A DNA stretch of 63,677 nucleotides, counting the filler, from Folioceros fuciformis (lineage: Eukaryota), in assembly GCA_049999805.1 (NCBI GenBank). It is 17 parts of 17 records of this genome, joined end to end, with 100 filler letters (N's around TTAATTAATTAA, not from the genome) between each part and the next. Parts side by side here need not be neighbours in the genome. Positions count along the whole stretch, not along the records: positions 9,757 to 12,290 come from JBNGIO010005176.1; positions 12,391 to 17,493 come from JBNGIO010005177.1; positions 17,594 to 25,266 come from JBNGIO010005178.1; 14 more parts are not named here. One strand, given 5' to 3'. Both the position numbers and the translations under genes were made by a program. How positions within the stretch are numbered: the stretch's first letter is position 1; each line of letters begins with the position of its first letter. Positions 11,561 through 24,486 of the stretch are shown in pieces. Below the pieces are notes generated by a model that was not told where the DNA came from, ran no database searches, and saw only the letters and a program-made list of their open reading frames with translations.

Positions 11561-12446
11561 TTTTGCCTAGCTAGTCGTCAATCCAGGTGTGCTTACAGCT
11601 GAACTAGCAAATGGACGCTGGTACCCACTTCTTCCACAATGGTTGCAAGAAGACCTTACTTGGTGAGTGTGGCCAGGAGTACTCTACTGTGGTAAGCTTA
11701 GAAAGAACGACTTCTGATCTGCACTGTTGTTGAAAGGAGATGCTACTTGCCTTTGTGAATTGAAGGTGTGCTTAGAGCGGCTATTGCAAGGCATTGTTTA
11801 AAGAGAAAGCCTAGTCTTTGACATGCTTTGTGCAAGATTGGAGACTGACGGCTGTGTATGCAGTGGCTCCAGGGTATCTTCACCTATATCCAAGTGTGTG
11901 CAAGGACACTGGGATATGTGCACACATGACCTAGTGCTACTGATCTATCTTCTTTTCTGCCGTGACTACAGACTTGGACCCCTGTGGATTAATTGCACTC
12001 TGGGTAGGTGATGCATTTAACTGATTGTGTTGAATTGCGCTGTGCAGAGCAAAAGACAGATCAGGATGTGTGATACGTGCAAGAAACTGCAGCCTACTCA
12101 ATTGAGTGTGGGGATCCATCAGGACTAATTCGAATTCTTAGCAGAGAGCGCATTTGCACTACGAGTGCACTAGGAGTAGTAGTGATTGACGGCGTCCGCC
12201 AAGAATGGGTCTGCCAGACTTCCAAATCGGGTGAGTGAGATCTAAAGGTTAGATTAGGATCGAGCAAGAGAAAGATTAGAAGAAGAGATANNNNNNNNNN
12301 NNNNNNNNNNNNNNNNNNNNNNNNNNNNNNNNNNTTAATTAATTAANNNNNNNNNNNNNNNNNNNNNNNNNNNNNNNNNNNNNNNNNNNNGACAAGTTGC
12401 GGGACTTTCTTTTTTTGTTTGTTCATTCATAAGAATACATTCCACC

Positions 12447-13018
12447 AGTAACGCCCCCTTCCTTGTGTAGCGTAAAAGGAAGCAACGGCCTCGAATCTCG
12501 TATAAACACTCGGCAGCGCTCCACTTACAATTCACTCACTTCCTCTCACACGACTCAGCACTAGGCTCCAAGTAGCCCGCCGTCCACTGACAACTCGCAG
12601 ACCACCTCCTCTAGGTGCTGCTCTTTATTCCAGATACTTATAAAAGAGTCTGGCGATCTACGCCCCACTGGCTACTGCCCTCGACTCTATTTGACAGCTA
12701 TGCCTCAAGGCTAGACTTCTCACTGTCTGCCTCTTTGTGTATCAGTGTATCACAGTATATCCTTAAGACCCTAACACTGGCCTATTTATACTCCACAGCT
12801 AAGCCACTGCTAAAACTGGGAATGATACACACCACTCATCCTAGAATACTAGTGGTCATTACAACTCCATCCTTCTTAGGAGGTTTTACCTGGAACACAC
12901 AATTTGTTTTCAAAGGCAGCAAGAAGCACTTCTTCATCAGGACAGCTCTAGATTTAGCTGTCACCTTTCTACTTTTAACTTTCACCTTGTTTCACTTATG
13001 CCACCTTATGCCATTACT
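12447..13018 (-). repeat. 3' LTR of chromovirus (572 bp), termini AGTAA...TTACT
   Basis: Matches 17162 onward and is bounded by the polypurine tract at 13019-13030 (AGTGGGGGAGAG on the minus strand). Confidence 0.9.
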
Positions 13019-16000
13019 CTCTCCCCCACTAGGAAGATGTCATTGTCCTCAATGACCTGCAGTATAACGTGAGATCATCCATGATCCTTGTTGTACATCT
13101 TGAAGTGAAACCCAGACAGGATCTGCAAAATCACGAAGTCTTACTAGATACTCTAGAACATTACCACGGACAGAAGGCACTTCTCTTTCTGCTAGAAATT
13201 CAACAATCTCTTGTAGACTATGGTTATATTGAACCAGGATAACATAGTCTTTCCTTTTCATGTCTTCATTCTCTTTCGAAATCACAAACGGTTTCAGCAA
13301 AGAGACATGAAACACATCATGAGAGAAGATCCAATTAGGCAGTTGTAGTTTGTAAGCCACATTCCCAATGCGCTTCAGAACTACAAAAGGACCTCCATAC
13401 TTAGGCCTTAACTTTGGGGACAATCCTTGAGGTACTGGGAAGTGTTTCAACTTTACCCAAACCTTGTCGCCCACTTGAAATTCTGCCTCTTTCCTGTGCC
13501 TATCAGCAAGCTTCTTTTGCTTGTCTTGAGCTTTGGCCAAAATCCTCGTAGCAATTTCATGCCTGGCGCTTAACTGCTCAATAAATTCACGTGGTTCTCT
13601 TGCTGCTGTCTCAAACACGTCAGCATTCAACATGGAAACTGCGTCCATTGCTTCGTTACCTGTCATCTGAAAAGGTGTATAGCATGTGGAGCTATGTACA
13701 GTATTGTTATAACAAAACTCTGCATCCTCAAGATGATTACTCCAGTTCCTCTGGTCCATTTGTACATAGTGTCGTAAGTATTCCTCTTGGATTCTGTTTA
13801 CTCTTTCTGTAGATCCATCTGTATTAGGGTGATATGCTGTGCTTAAACATAGTTGCACTCCCAAGCTCTTCATAAGCTGTTGCCAAATTTCCGCTGTGAA
13901 TCTGGGATCTCTATCACTCACGATTTGCATAGGCAATCCATGTAACACATAGATTGCTTCTTAAACAATTGAGCAACTTCTAAAGCCTTCACTTGCTTCT
14001 TCGTGGGAATAAAGTCTGCTTGCTTGCTGAACCTGTCAACAACTGTCATGATAGCTGTGTATCCATTACTGGGTGGCCATGGCATAACAAAATCCATTGA
14101 TATACTCTTCCAAGGCCCACTTGGAATAGGCAGGGGTTGCAACAAACCTCGTGGATTTGTCTGCTCTACTTTATCCTTCTGACAGTCTACACAAGACTTC
14201 ACATACTCTGCAGTATGTTTGTACATTCCAGGCCAGTAAAACAGCTTCTTCAACTTCTCATAAGTTGTGTCAATTCCCCGATGACCAGCACTTAGCACAT
14301 CGTGACATTCTGCAAGCAACTTTTTTCTCAACTCTTGAGAATCAGGAATCACAATCCTGTTTTGCTTGAACATTAACAAGCCATTTCTAAGCTTAAACTT
14401 AGACTCCGGTTGCTCTATCTCGTTGATCCAATCTTGCACTAATGGATCACGCAAATAAGCCTCCTTAATCTGCGTGTGAGTGTCCCTTGGCTCAATCACC
14501 ATCTGCGTTGTAGCTAGCTTAGGATTCTTCAGCTTAAAAACAGACATTAAACTCAACTCCTGCTTGCAACTAAGAGCATCTGCCACGAGATTTTCCTTCC
14601 ATGGCTTGTACTTAATCTCCACATCATACATCGCTAGGAAATCTTGCCATCTAGCTTGTCTAGCATTTAGTCGGAGCTGATTAGAAAAGAAGCTTGTACT
14701 TACATTATCTGTGTACAGCACAAAAGATCTTCCAAGAAGATAGTGTCTCCAAATCTTGAGACAATTGATGATGGCTGTCATCTCCTTCTCATATGTGGGG
14801 TATTTCCTCTCATGTTCATGCAACTTTCTTGATTCGTAAGCCACTGGCCTACCTTCTTGCATAAGCACTCCTCCAATAGCTGTATCTGACGCATCAGTAT
14901 ACACTTCTATATATTTCTTTGGATCATAGATTGCTAGTACTGGGGTAGTGCTGAGTTTCAACTTGAGAAACTCGAATGCCTTTGACATTCTTCATCCCAC
15001 TTCCAAGTCTTCACCTTCTTCAAGAGATCAGTTAATGGGGCAGCAATTTTGGCAAACATTGGTACAAATCTTCTGTACACGCTAGCCAATCCTAAAAACA
15101 TACGTACTTCATGCACATTGCTTGGCGGCAGCCAATTCTGTATGGCTTTTACCTTACAGGATCCATCCTGATTCCATCAGCAGAAACAATGAATCCAAGG
15201 AAGTCTATTTCTTCCTTAACAAAGTCACACTTTGTTATAGCTAAGAACAAAGAATTTGCCCTTAACCTTTTCAACACTTTCCTCAAGTGTTGGACATGCT
15301 CCTCTAAGGTAGAACTGAATATCAAAATGTCATCCAAATAGATCACAACATACTCATCCAACAGATCTCTGAATATACTATTCATGAGAGTCTGAAATGT
15401 GGCTAGTGCATTAGTGAGTCCAAATGGCATGACTAGAAATTCAAAAGATCCATATCTTGTCCTGCAAGCAGTTTTGTATTCATGTCCTTCTGCAATGCGA
15501 ATCTGGTAATAACCAGCCATCAAATCCAGTCTGGTAAAATACTTAGCACCTTTCAATCTGTCAAACATATCATCCATCCTTGGCAAAGGATAGGAATTTT
15601 TGACTGTTATCTGGTTGAGTGCTCTGTAATCCAAGCATAACCTTAATCCTCCATTCTTCTTTCGCGTAAACAATACTGGCGCACCAAATGGGGATTTTGA
15701 GACTCTAACATAGCCCTTGGCTAACAAGTTAGACATTTGTCTCTTCAATTCTTGAAGCTCATCTAGCGACAATCTATATGGCGCTCTTGATGACGGTACA
15801 CTTCCTGGCTTTAGATCAATTTCATGATCTACAACTCTCCGTTGAGGTAAAGGAGGTAACTCAGTAGGCATCAAGTCTTTAAAGTCGTCTAAGACAGCCT
15901 GTATCTCCTTTGGAATCTTTGGTTGCTTCTGAGATTCCATCTCAAGACCATCTTCTAGTTCTTGTAACACCAACAAATAGAGTTCCTCTCCATTTTTAAC

Positions 16001-17145
16001 ACAACGCTTGAGCTCTTTGTTAGAGATGACGTCATCAATCTTGTGCCCAAGCTGATGCTCAAGGACTGCACAACTCACTTTGTGCTTTTCATCTCCTATG
16101 ATCTGTATGGTGCGTGAGTCCACGTCTACACATACCTTATTGGCCTTCATCCATTCTAAGCCCACGATGATTTCATGATCATCCATATCTACAACTGTGA
16201 AGCTTGCTTGTCCTGTCCAATTGCTTATCTGCAAAGGACTTTTTCTAGCTGTCCTAAGAACTGCAGCTTTCCTTTTGCTTGTTTCACTGTACATGGCTTT
16301 GAAATACTAGCCCATGTCAAACCAAGCTTACTTGCTCTGCCAAGAGAAATGAAATTATGTGTTGCTGCTAGATCAAGCAACATCTTCGCTTCTTCACGAT
16401 TCACACATCCTTCTATATACATGAGCTTTCCACCTGGCCTGTGAATAATGCTGTCCTCAGCATCTTGAGACTCACCACATGTAGCCTGTGCAACATGTGG
16501 CCAATCCCGTCATTTGGGATTTTCAGATCCGGATACTTCTGTAATCTTGAGTCTTTGGGGCTGTGGGTTGTCTTGAACAACATTCAAAGTTTGTTGAGCA
16601 TTGGGGCATTCATTCGCGTAATGTCCCGGCTCTCCACAAGCAAAACAAACTCCTTTCCGAGAACCCATTGTCACTGTTCTCTGAGGTCCGCGCCCCCTGA
16701 GCACTCCTCCATTTCTCCCACGGAAGCTCGCACTGGAGTTGCCTCTTGCAATTGTACTCCTTTCATTATCCTTGGGAGTCCCTCTTGCAACATTGTTGGA
16801 AGAAACCCTAGTTTGCATATACCGTCCACGAGTATTACCTCGAAATCTTCTTAAGGAGTTGGATGTGTTGGAATGAAAGGTATCTGGGATAGCATCTGCT
16901 GCTGTTATGGCCTCTGCCAAGGTCATTGAACTATACAACTCAATTCTGTTAGCAGCCCAGTCCTTCAAACCAACCATGAAGCGATGTAGTTTGTCAACTT
17001 CAGATTTGTCTCCGGATGGTCCTGCTGAGTCGGTAGGCGGCATCTCCTTGCCTTGATCTTCCTCGAGTTGTTGAGGCGGGGGATTAGGAGAAACCTCTCG
17101 TATTTGCATCCTCTGGCGCTTAGCCATCTTGGAGGAATAGACTAT

Positions 17146-17157
17146 GCTCTGATACCA
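17146..17157 (-). promoter_or_regulatory. Primer binding site, initiator tRNA-Met
   Basis: TGGTATCAGAGC on the minus strand, 4 nt from the 5' LTR end. Confidence 0.93.
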
Positions 17158-17161
17158 ACTA

Positions 17162-17493
17162 AGTAACGCCCCCTTCCTTGTGTAGCGTAAAAGGAAGCAA
17201 CGGCCTCGAATCTCGTCTAAACACTCCGCAGCGCTCTACTTACAATTCACTCACTTCCTCTCACACGACTCAGCACTAGGCTCCAAGTAGCCCGCCGTCC
17301 ACTGACGACTCGCAGACCACCTCCTCTAGGTGCTGCTCTTTATTCCAGATACTTACAAAAGAGTCTGGCGATCTACGCCCCACTGGCTACTGCCCTCGAC
17401 TCTATCTGACAAGCTTGCTCTTCAAGCCCTCCACAACTATGCCTCAAGGCTAGACTTCTCACTGTCTGCCTCTTTGTGTATCAGTGTATCACA
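17162..17493 (-). repeat. 5' LTR of chromovirus (truncated by contig end)
   Basis: Near-identical to 12447 onward apart from a few substitutions and a ~24-bp indel near 17411-17435. Confidence 0.92.
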
Positions 17494-17595
17494 NNNNNNN
17501 NNNNNNNNNNNNNNNNNNNNNNNNNNNNNNNNNNNNNTTAATTAATTAANNNNNNNNNNNNNNNNNNNNNNNNNNNNNNNNNNNNNNNNNNNNCC

Positions 17596-18004
17596 TGTTG
17601 AGATGTCACCCCCGCCATGCTCAAAGGAGGTTAAAACAAGTTAGTTGAAGCAAGATGCAGAATCCCAAAACTAAGAGCACTATAACAAGGCTCTTAAACT
17701 AAAATAAAAAGGAGAATTACAAAAACAACACAATACAAGTGAAGAGGGAGTTAGACTGCCTCTACTAAGTGGGTTCATCCCTTCTTTTATGGACCTATGG
17801 GTGGCACTCTCATTTAGTGCCCAATATGGGATAATGACCCCAACCAAACCCTACAATACTTCTTTTGCCCAACATAGCAAAGTCTAATAAGCTATATATA
17901 TATATATATATTAATCATAACCTTAATCACTCTTACCACTAATTAGTACAAACTCAATAAGCTGGATTAGCACTAATTAATATCAACATTAATCATGCTT
18001 AACA
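17596..18004 (-). repeat. Copia LTR, family A (TGTT...AACA), inserted in the RNase H of a family B copia
   Basis: Reverse complement of 34906-35304. The flanking CC at 17594-17595 matches the GG start of its PBS. Confidence 0.92.
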
Positions 18005-18745
18005 GGGCCAACAGTCTTGCATTGTGACAACATGTCAGCAATTGCTTTGGTTGCTAACCCCGTCTTCCATGCATGCACCAAGCATATAGAAATTCAACAT
18101 CATTATATTAGGGATGCTGCTGAGAGAGGTATCGTCAAGGTTCAATGTATACCTATCGACGACAACACAGCAGATGTCCTGACCAAGTCCTTGCCTAAGT
18201 TCAAACACTAATTTCATAGAGAAGGGCTTGGTTTGGTGGATTGTAGTAGATACATGACACTAGATAAATCACTTATTTGGTAGGACCTTTCACTACACAA
18301 ATATTCCGTCACTTAGGTTGATGATATGAAGCAATTGGCATGCTTCTCTTCTGGTCACTAGAGTGGTGTTCTACTTTGTGAGATCCTGTAGACTACAGGC
18401 TCTACAAGAGTGAGGACTACCGACTCTAGGCGATAGCCATTTTGAAGATGTTTAAAGCTTGGCGTTAACAGCAGTGATCTCCGTTTGTACTTAGGAGCTC
18501 TCTTCTAACAACAATTAGCACGTGTCTGAGAGGGAGAGTTGGAATATAAGGCAGACCACGTGGTTCTGTATTACGTTGGTTAGCCTAACTAGATATAGTT
18601 ATAAGTGTAGTTAGTTAACTAGCATTTTAGTCAAAGGGCACACCCCTTCGTAAACTGCTGCTTAAGGCCTACCTTTGTATCCACCTAATTAATTTGCTAA
18701 TAGATCATTTTCAATGCATCTGCTTCCGCGTTAGCAATTTTAACC
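18005..18745 (+). mobile_element. Copia family B 3' end: RNase H remnant, 3' UTR, PPT, LTR (18537-18745)
   Basis: HCDNMSAIAL...TKHIEIQHH...ADVLTKSL. Reverse complement of about 33841-34580. Confidence 0.92.
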
Positions 18746-21562
18746 ATGCGGGGTCCCAAGCATCTCCCCTTCTCCCCCCAACTAAATTCCACTTGGAAAT
18801 CCCTTGTCCTCTTATTCCCTTTCTTGCCCTTCTTCCCCATCTTTCTCGGCTAATGATGTTACAATTACGTCCTCATCTTGAATGGGTTTTAGGAGAAACC
18901 CTCGGCCTAAGGTTGGCACTTGTACGTTCCCCTTACTTAACGCATTGGATGTTTGGTGTAGTGCATCATTGTGGCCTTGCACACCCTTGTGTGGAATAAG
19001 AGATGTTGTATTGCAACCCACAAAAATACAACTCAAACTTCTACTTTTCCTTGAAGAGTGGTTGTAATTGATTGTTGGTATACTTTGGTGGGCGGGCATC
19101 TCCACATCCTTTAAGCCATGGTTTGGATGCATGCATAGACCCAAGCGTGTGATCGATAAGAGCATCACCTCTCACTGCTTCCAAGGAGTGCTGGTGCAAA
19201 ACCTTGTGGAAAGGGCATTGCTCATCACTCCTTTATAGCAAATCTAACAATTCATGTCTAGTTCTTTGTGGCTAGCAAGAAACCATATCAAAAAAAATTC
19301 AAACATGTGGTGTACAATCTTATCCACTGCAAGTTGAGTCATAGGGGTTCCTTGTGCTTTAGCCATACAAGTAATACAACTTAATATTATCCATGCTCAT
19401 CCTTCTACACAAACTACATAAAGAAGATCGCACCAATGCACTTTTTCACAACATTATGGTTCGTATCCTCTATCATAGAGAGATACAAGAACACCAATTC
19501 CTAGTTGGGTTAGATCTGCAAGGTCCAGCTTCTCTTTGTGATATCAGAGGGAGAAGTGACCTTGTACACCTGCTGGATCATCTTTATATTTGAATGCTTT
19601 TATGGGCTCTAGAATGAAGCCCTCATGGTAGAGGATAATCTGGATCATGGAGGGTCTACGAGGCTTCTTGCATTCCTCTTAGAATCCTGTGGAGGCTTTG
19701 GGCTCATCGCCTCGCGCAAGGTGTGTGAATATGCGTCCCTCCACTTCGCACGCTGTTTCTTTGTTGGCTCTTTGGCCATGAGTAAGTACACCCCTCTACA
19801 AGGTGGACACATCTTTATCCCCTTATCATCAAGACTCATGGGGTAATTTGCAAGGCAATTTCTAAGTTTCTCAAGACTTGCACCAAGGCAGTTCATATAG
19901 GCAAAATGGGCTTGGTCTTCCTTTATTGGGTATTGTATCGTTCTCTAGGAAAGTGTTGCCATTACACTATAACGAGCATTAGCTAATGCTATATATGAGA
20001 CAACGACAATGGCAAGAGAGGCAGTGCAAGACATTACAATGGTAGGTAGATCCCTCCTCCTTCCAAACCATGATATCTTAGGTGCTATTGGTAGTTTTTA
20101 GGCTTAGTGGTTTCAAGGGCTAGCCTCTAGTGGCCTTGTCACCTTTGATGGTTTGTCTCGCCTCTTTCAAAGTATATCGGTTTTCCATCGTGCTTTTCTC
20201 AAGTAAAGAAGGTTCCTTTGAAAAGGACTAATTTTTTAGTAGTCTTTTTTCGCATAGGAAAAAACCTCCATTCATTAGTAAGAAACTCTACACTCCTAGC
20301 CCTTCCAATTGCAAACTAAAATAGACCTATTTAAAATGTGTGGAGGTCATCCCCACATAGGTTGAAAATTGGCTAAGTGGTTATTACATAACTTGGATAG
20401 GTTGTTATTCTTACTAAGTGTCATGTTGGGTGACAATCACATGTGGCCTTCGCAATGTCCTTCCATCTAGAAAATTGGTTAGCAATTTAATGTACTTATA
20501 AGTTTCTTCCTTTGTCCAAGGTTTATTGAGTAGAGGTGAAGTCTATATAGGACATTGTTTCAACACCTTGTCCATACTTCGTTATGTGTTATTAGTTAGC
20601 ACATAAGATGTCACATTGTGTCTCCTATGGATGGTATTACATCCTAAGATCATACATGTTGGTTGCCCTTGGTTTGCCTATGCTCCAAGCGGTAGAAAAG
20701 GATTAGGTCATGTATGGGGCGTGGATGCAATCCCAATGGGCTGGATGTGCTCGTGGTGGGATACTATAATGACGATCATGACAATCTAGCATTGCCTTGA
20801 AAGCACCGTGATACACATGGAGAGTGTATGCGGGCCAGGAGGTTCGCGAAGGAATGATAGCTTAAACCACGTGCAACAAACGTGGTGTGTAACTATTTTC
20901 ATAACTTAATTAGAATAGACTATAATAATAATTAAAAATTCCGAATTTTGATACCAAGACTTATCTCTCCCAATAAGGGCAGCTTGCATGGATCCTCTGC
21001 CCGGTATACGCACTTTGCTGGACCCGTGAGCACGGACATGCGCATTCCAGCCCAAGAAAGCACCACCGGTACGTGGGGAAGGAGGAGCGATGTGAGTCCT
21101 GAACCGCCGGTCACGGACGACCCGCGCGAGACGGATCAGCACGTCGAACCTATTTTGACCATAAATGACAATCCCGTGTAATTGGCGAGCGTACTTTCAG
21201 GTGGTATGGTAATACCGGCTCATTGCCGAGCCTATTTTGACCATACGCCATCCCCGCTTCATTGCCGAACCCAACTTTTAGCGTATTATCCCATGATGAA
21301 AATTCCAAAATATGTATTGGACTTTAAAATACCTCGAGCTGTAATGCCCTAGGTGTTACTTGAAATCAAGCTCCGTGTGTGAAAGCCCCCTTGTTCACTT
21401 GTGCACTGTGACAGGTCCTAAAAAGTCTGCGAATTCAATGAATAGGATGAACACGTTCGGCCACAAACCCTGCATAACGATGTAGAGTTGGTTCCCGATC
21501 GCGACTGGTGTTTCCCTCCGATGTCTTGCCAGGCGTTGACGAAAAGTTGCCGCAAGCTCACG

Positions 21563-21715
21563 ATGTCTTCCCACGTACTTAACGAAGGCGTCAGAGACCC
21601 TGCGATCAAGCTGTTCGGCACTACAATAGCTGTGCCGCTGGGTCTCATGCGAAGTGGTGATGGCGTATCCGATACTCGGCCCGGCAGTCCTCAGAAGCTA
21701 TCGGCAGTTCGGGAG
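21563..21715 (+). CDS. CDF-type Dof transcription factor, exon 1
   Basis: MSSHVLNEGVRDPAIKLFGTTI contains the DPAIKLFG motif of CYCLING DOF FACTORs. Phase-0 donor GAG|GTAAG at 21715/21716. Confidence 0.85.
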
Positions 21716-22255
21716 GTAAGACTGCCGTTCCATAATAGTTGAAATGCAGATGGAGACGTTATGGTGCAGAGTCTCCCGTCCCTTGTACACGCGCTAAAGA
21801 TTGCCCTTCGCACTTACGTGTGTTACACTTCTTGTGGACTTGTTGCGTCCTTACGGAAGACCTACTTTGGTATCTGAAATCTTCCTCGTTATTAGCAGGG
21901 AATGTCGAGTTTTTAATTACTCAAGGACAGGTCATGTGTTAACCATGCCTGTCGGTTCTCTACGCTGTTGTTTTGAGAGGCTGTTTTCCCTTCACCGTGT
22001 GCTTTCTCTTACTAAACTTTAAAGGTCTGTCCTGGAATTTCGGCATGGGTCCGGGGGGACAAGAAGCAAAGTCCTTGCTTGTTTGAGTCGGAGTCGGCAT
22101 ACTTTGTGAAAATCCCTGGCGGCCTCTCCCTAATCATTAAAATGGAGGGTGGAAGCTGAATATCGTGCATTCCTGGTTTTTTTTAATGGTACTTCATTCT
22201 GTAACTGAGGACTTTAATCTTGCATTGACGGAAGTTGACATGTTTGCTGGCACAG

Positions 22256-23605
22256 CAGGGCATACTCTCTGCTGTAAAGCTTGAGATAGAAAACGATTTG
22301 AAGGTCGTGAATGCTGAGGCATCTGCTGCTATATTAAAGCAAACGCATGTGCAGCAAAGTATGGAGCCGAGCACATCTAAATGTTTACAAGGGGTTGAGG
22401 GCAGTCTCACGGACAATATTGCCCCTCTTCCGTTGAGGAAGAAAAAGCAGGTGCTGGACACACAGTGTGTGGTTGAATCTCAAGAGACATCCTGCCGAAG
22501 ACCTGGGAGGGCGGTAGCTTGCCCTCGTTGTGAGAGCCGTGATACTAAGTTTTGCTACTACAATAACTACAACGTTAATCAGCCTCGTCACTTTTGTAAG
22601 AACTGCCAGCGTTACTGGACAGCAGGTGGGACTCTGCGCAATGTTCCCGTTGGAGCTGGTCGTAGGAAGAACAAGAATGGGCTGTCAACAATGCAGAGAC
22701 ATTTCGTGCTTGAGGATGGACCTGTAAGAGCTGATGCTCCAGATGCTGCACTTCCCTGTAACCAACTATCTGCAATTGGTGGGAAAGCAAGTGTGCTTTC
22801 CTCAGAACTCTATAAACAATGTGCAAAGCAATTGGAAGTTTTTCCCTCAAAGGCTGCTACGGCGTCAGAGAATGCTGTGCCAATTGCTGGCGAAGTGATT
22901 AGGGAATTTGGTTCTGGTAAGCATGTCTGTACCGATGATGATTTTGCTTTGCAATGGAAGTCCCGATTGGATTCTGCTTCAAATCCTCGTCCTGGACCAA
23001 CGTGTGTGCCAACTGTGAGATGTAACTCGACCTTCTCAGCACATCCTAGTGCAATTTCTGATTGGACATCAATGAGTCGGTTTTGTGGAGCATGGCCCCA
23101 TGGCTACACTGTGGATTGGAGTAGAGATATGAGTGGGTTAGGAGGCAAGCTTGTCCCACGAAGTCCAACACAGTTGATCGGTGTTCCCAGTATCGGATGT
23201 CAAGAAAGGTCGGAGTCCATGGGGCAGGGCACTTGGGGGACTGTACACTGGTTGAACGTCTGGTGTGTGCCTGAGTGGCCAGTTAGACGTGCCTCTAATT
23301 GTCATCCATTAGCTATGTCCTCTTTAGGCAAACATTTGCGTGATGTGACGTCTGCAGAGAGCAGAGAGGGCGGAGGTCTGTGGGCACCAAAGGTCCATAA
23401 GACTGAGGATCTCGGGTCTTGCTGCCAGTCTTTTATGGGATCAACTCCCAAGTTGGGCAGGGAACCTCAAACGAGCAGCGCTCTTATGGGCTTTCAGCGG
23501 AAGATACTTACCAAGGACTTTCTGGAGGATGGTCTAACAGGCAAGACAAGGCACGCTAACCCCGCTGCAATGACGAGATCTATGGTCTTCCAGGAATTCA
23601 ACTAG
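22256..23605 (+). CDS. CDF-type Dof transcription factor, exon 2
   Basis: Dof zinc finger [50 protein letters not shown], and C-terminal LGKH, LWAPK and ANPAAMTRS motifs. In-frame CAGCAG acceptor at 22253-22258. Confidence 0.95.
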   Translation, partial: QGILSAVKLEIENDLKVVNAEASAAILKQTHVQQSMEPSTSKCLQGVEGSLTDNIAPLPLRKKKQVLDTQCVVESQETSCRRPGRAVACPRCESRDTKFCYYNNYNVNQPRHFCKNCQRYWTAGGTLRNVPVGAGRRKNKNGLSTMQRHFVLEDGPVRADAPDAALPCNQLSAIGGKASVLSSELYKQCAKQLEVFPSKAATASENAVPIAGEVIREFGSGKHVCTDDDFALQWKSRLDSASNPRPGPTCVPTVRCNSTFSAHPSAISDWTSMSRFCGAWPHGYTVDWSRDMSGLGGKLVPRSPTQLIGVPSIGCQERSESMGQGTWGTVHWLNVWCVPEWPVRRASNCHPLAMSSLGKHLRDVTSAESREGGGLWAPKVHKTEDLGSCCQSFMGSTPKLGREPQTSSALMGFQRKILTKDFLEDGLTGKTRHANPAAMTRSMVFQEFN

Positions 23606-24351
23606 TTGTTGTAAGCTTGCCCACTATGAACAACGAGAATACACAAGTTTTAAGAAAGTATCCCAGGCAGGGGAAGGATTTGGAAGGTAATGGGCAGATC
23701 CACCCTTCGGAATAGGACTAGGCTGAACACCCATACCCTTGTGTTGATGCTTTGTTTTTGAAATCTCCAGCTGTACGATTGGTATTTGCTAAATCCCATT
23801 TTGGAAGACACCTCTGGCTCGTCACGCTCTTGCAAAGTCGTCCGAAAGCCGGAACATGACATGTAACTTGAGCTGAAGAAGAATTCAAGGATCAGTGCCC
23901 TAAGGAAACCTAGCAGACGGCATGCGGACCAACGTGCAAAGTTGCCAGCTGCCGCTTTCATGTGTTCTCCCAATTCTCAACAACGATGGAGGTTATTCAC
24001 TGACAACTTCAGGGACAATGATGTACCAGTACAAAGGCTTAAGGAAAAGTACGTGTCTCTAAAGAACTGAGTTGAACCGCAAACCAATAGTGTACCAATG
24101 AAAATACTCAAATCTTATTTGTATTGAAGGTTTCAAGATTTCAATTCGTCGAGGCTTGCAGCCAACTAGAAGAAGAAGAATTTTGTTAGAGTCCACTAAG
24201 AAGGGATTTTTGCTATGGGACTTCATATCTTAGAACTTGTACCATGGTATACTTAGCTATTGCTGCAAAGCGCATTCTTCTCCTTAGGAACCTCATCTAA
24301 GTACTGAACTGAGTGTAATATGCTTAATTCCAAATTTCTTATATACGCGTG

Positions 24352-24486
24352 TGTCCATTTGGCCTAAGTCATTTCAGCAACTTCAAAAATCTAACATGTC
24401 CATTTGGCCTAAGTCATTTCAGCAGCTCCAAAAATCTAACATGTCCATTTGGTCTAAGTCATTTCAGCAGCTCCAAAAATCTAACA
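24352..24486. repeat. 45-bp tandem repeat, 3 copies
   Basis: TGTCCATTTGGCCTAAGTCATTTCAGCAACTTCAAAAATCTAACA at 24352, 24397 and 24442. Confidence 0.95.

Larger units (their letters stand above)
12447..17493 (-). mobile_element. Near-complete Ty3/gypsy chromovirus (LTR-PBS-gag-AP-RT-RH-INT-chromodomain-PPT-LTR), frameshifted
   Basis: Gag CFACGEPGHYANEC, protease LLDLAATHNF, RT YLDDIL, RH YTDASD, INT ISMDF / SDRDPRF / TERVNR, GPY/F motif KYGGPF, chromodomain-like LEYLVRL...PVW, and matching LTRs. Confidence 0.96.

Noticed and set aside
18750-19950. Possible decayed SWIM-finger or transposase gene on the minus strand (NWCSC-like stretch near 19490)
   Set aside because: Too many stops and frameshifts to support a call by eye. 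It needs a translated profile search.
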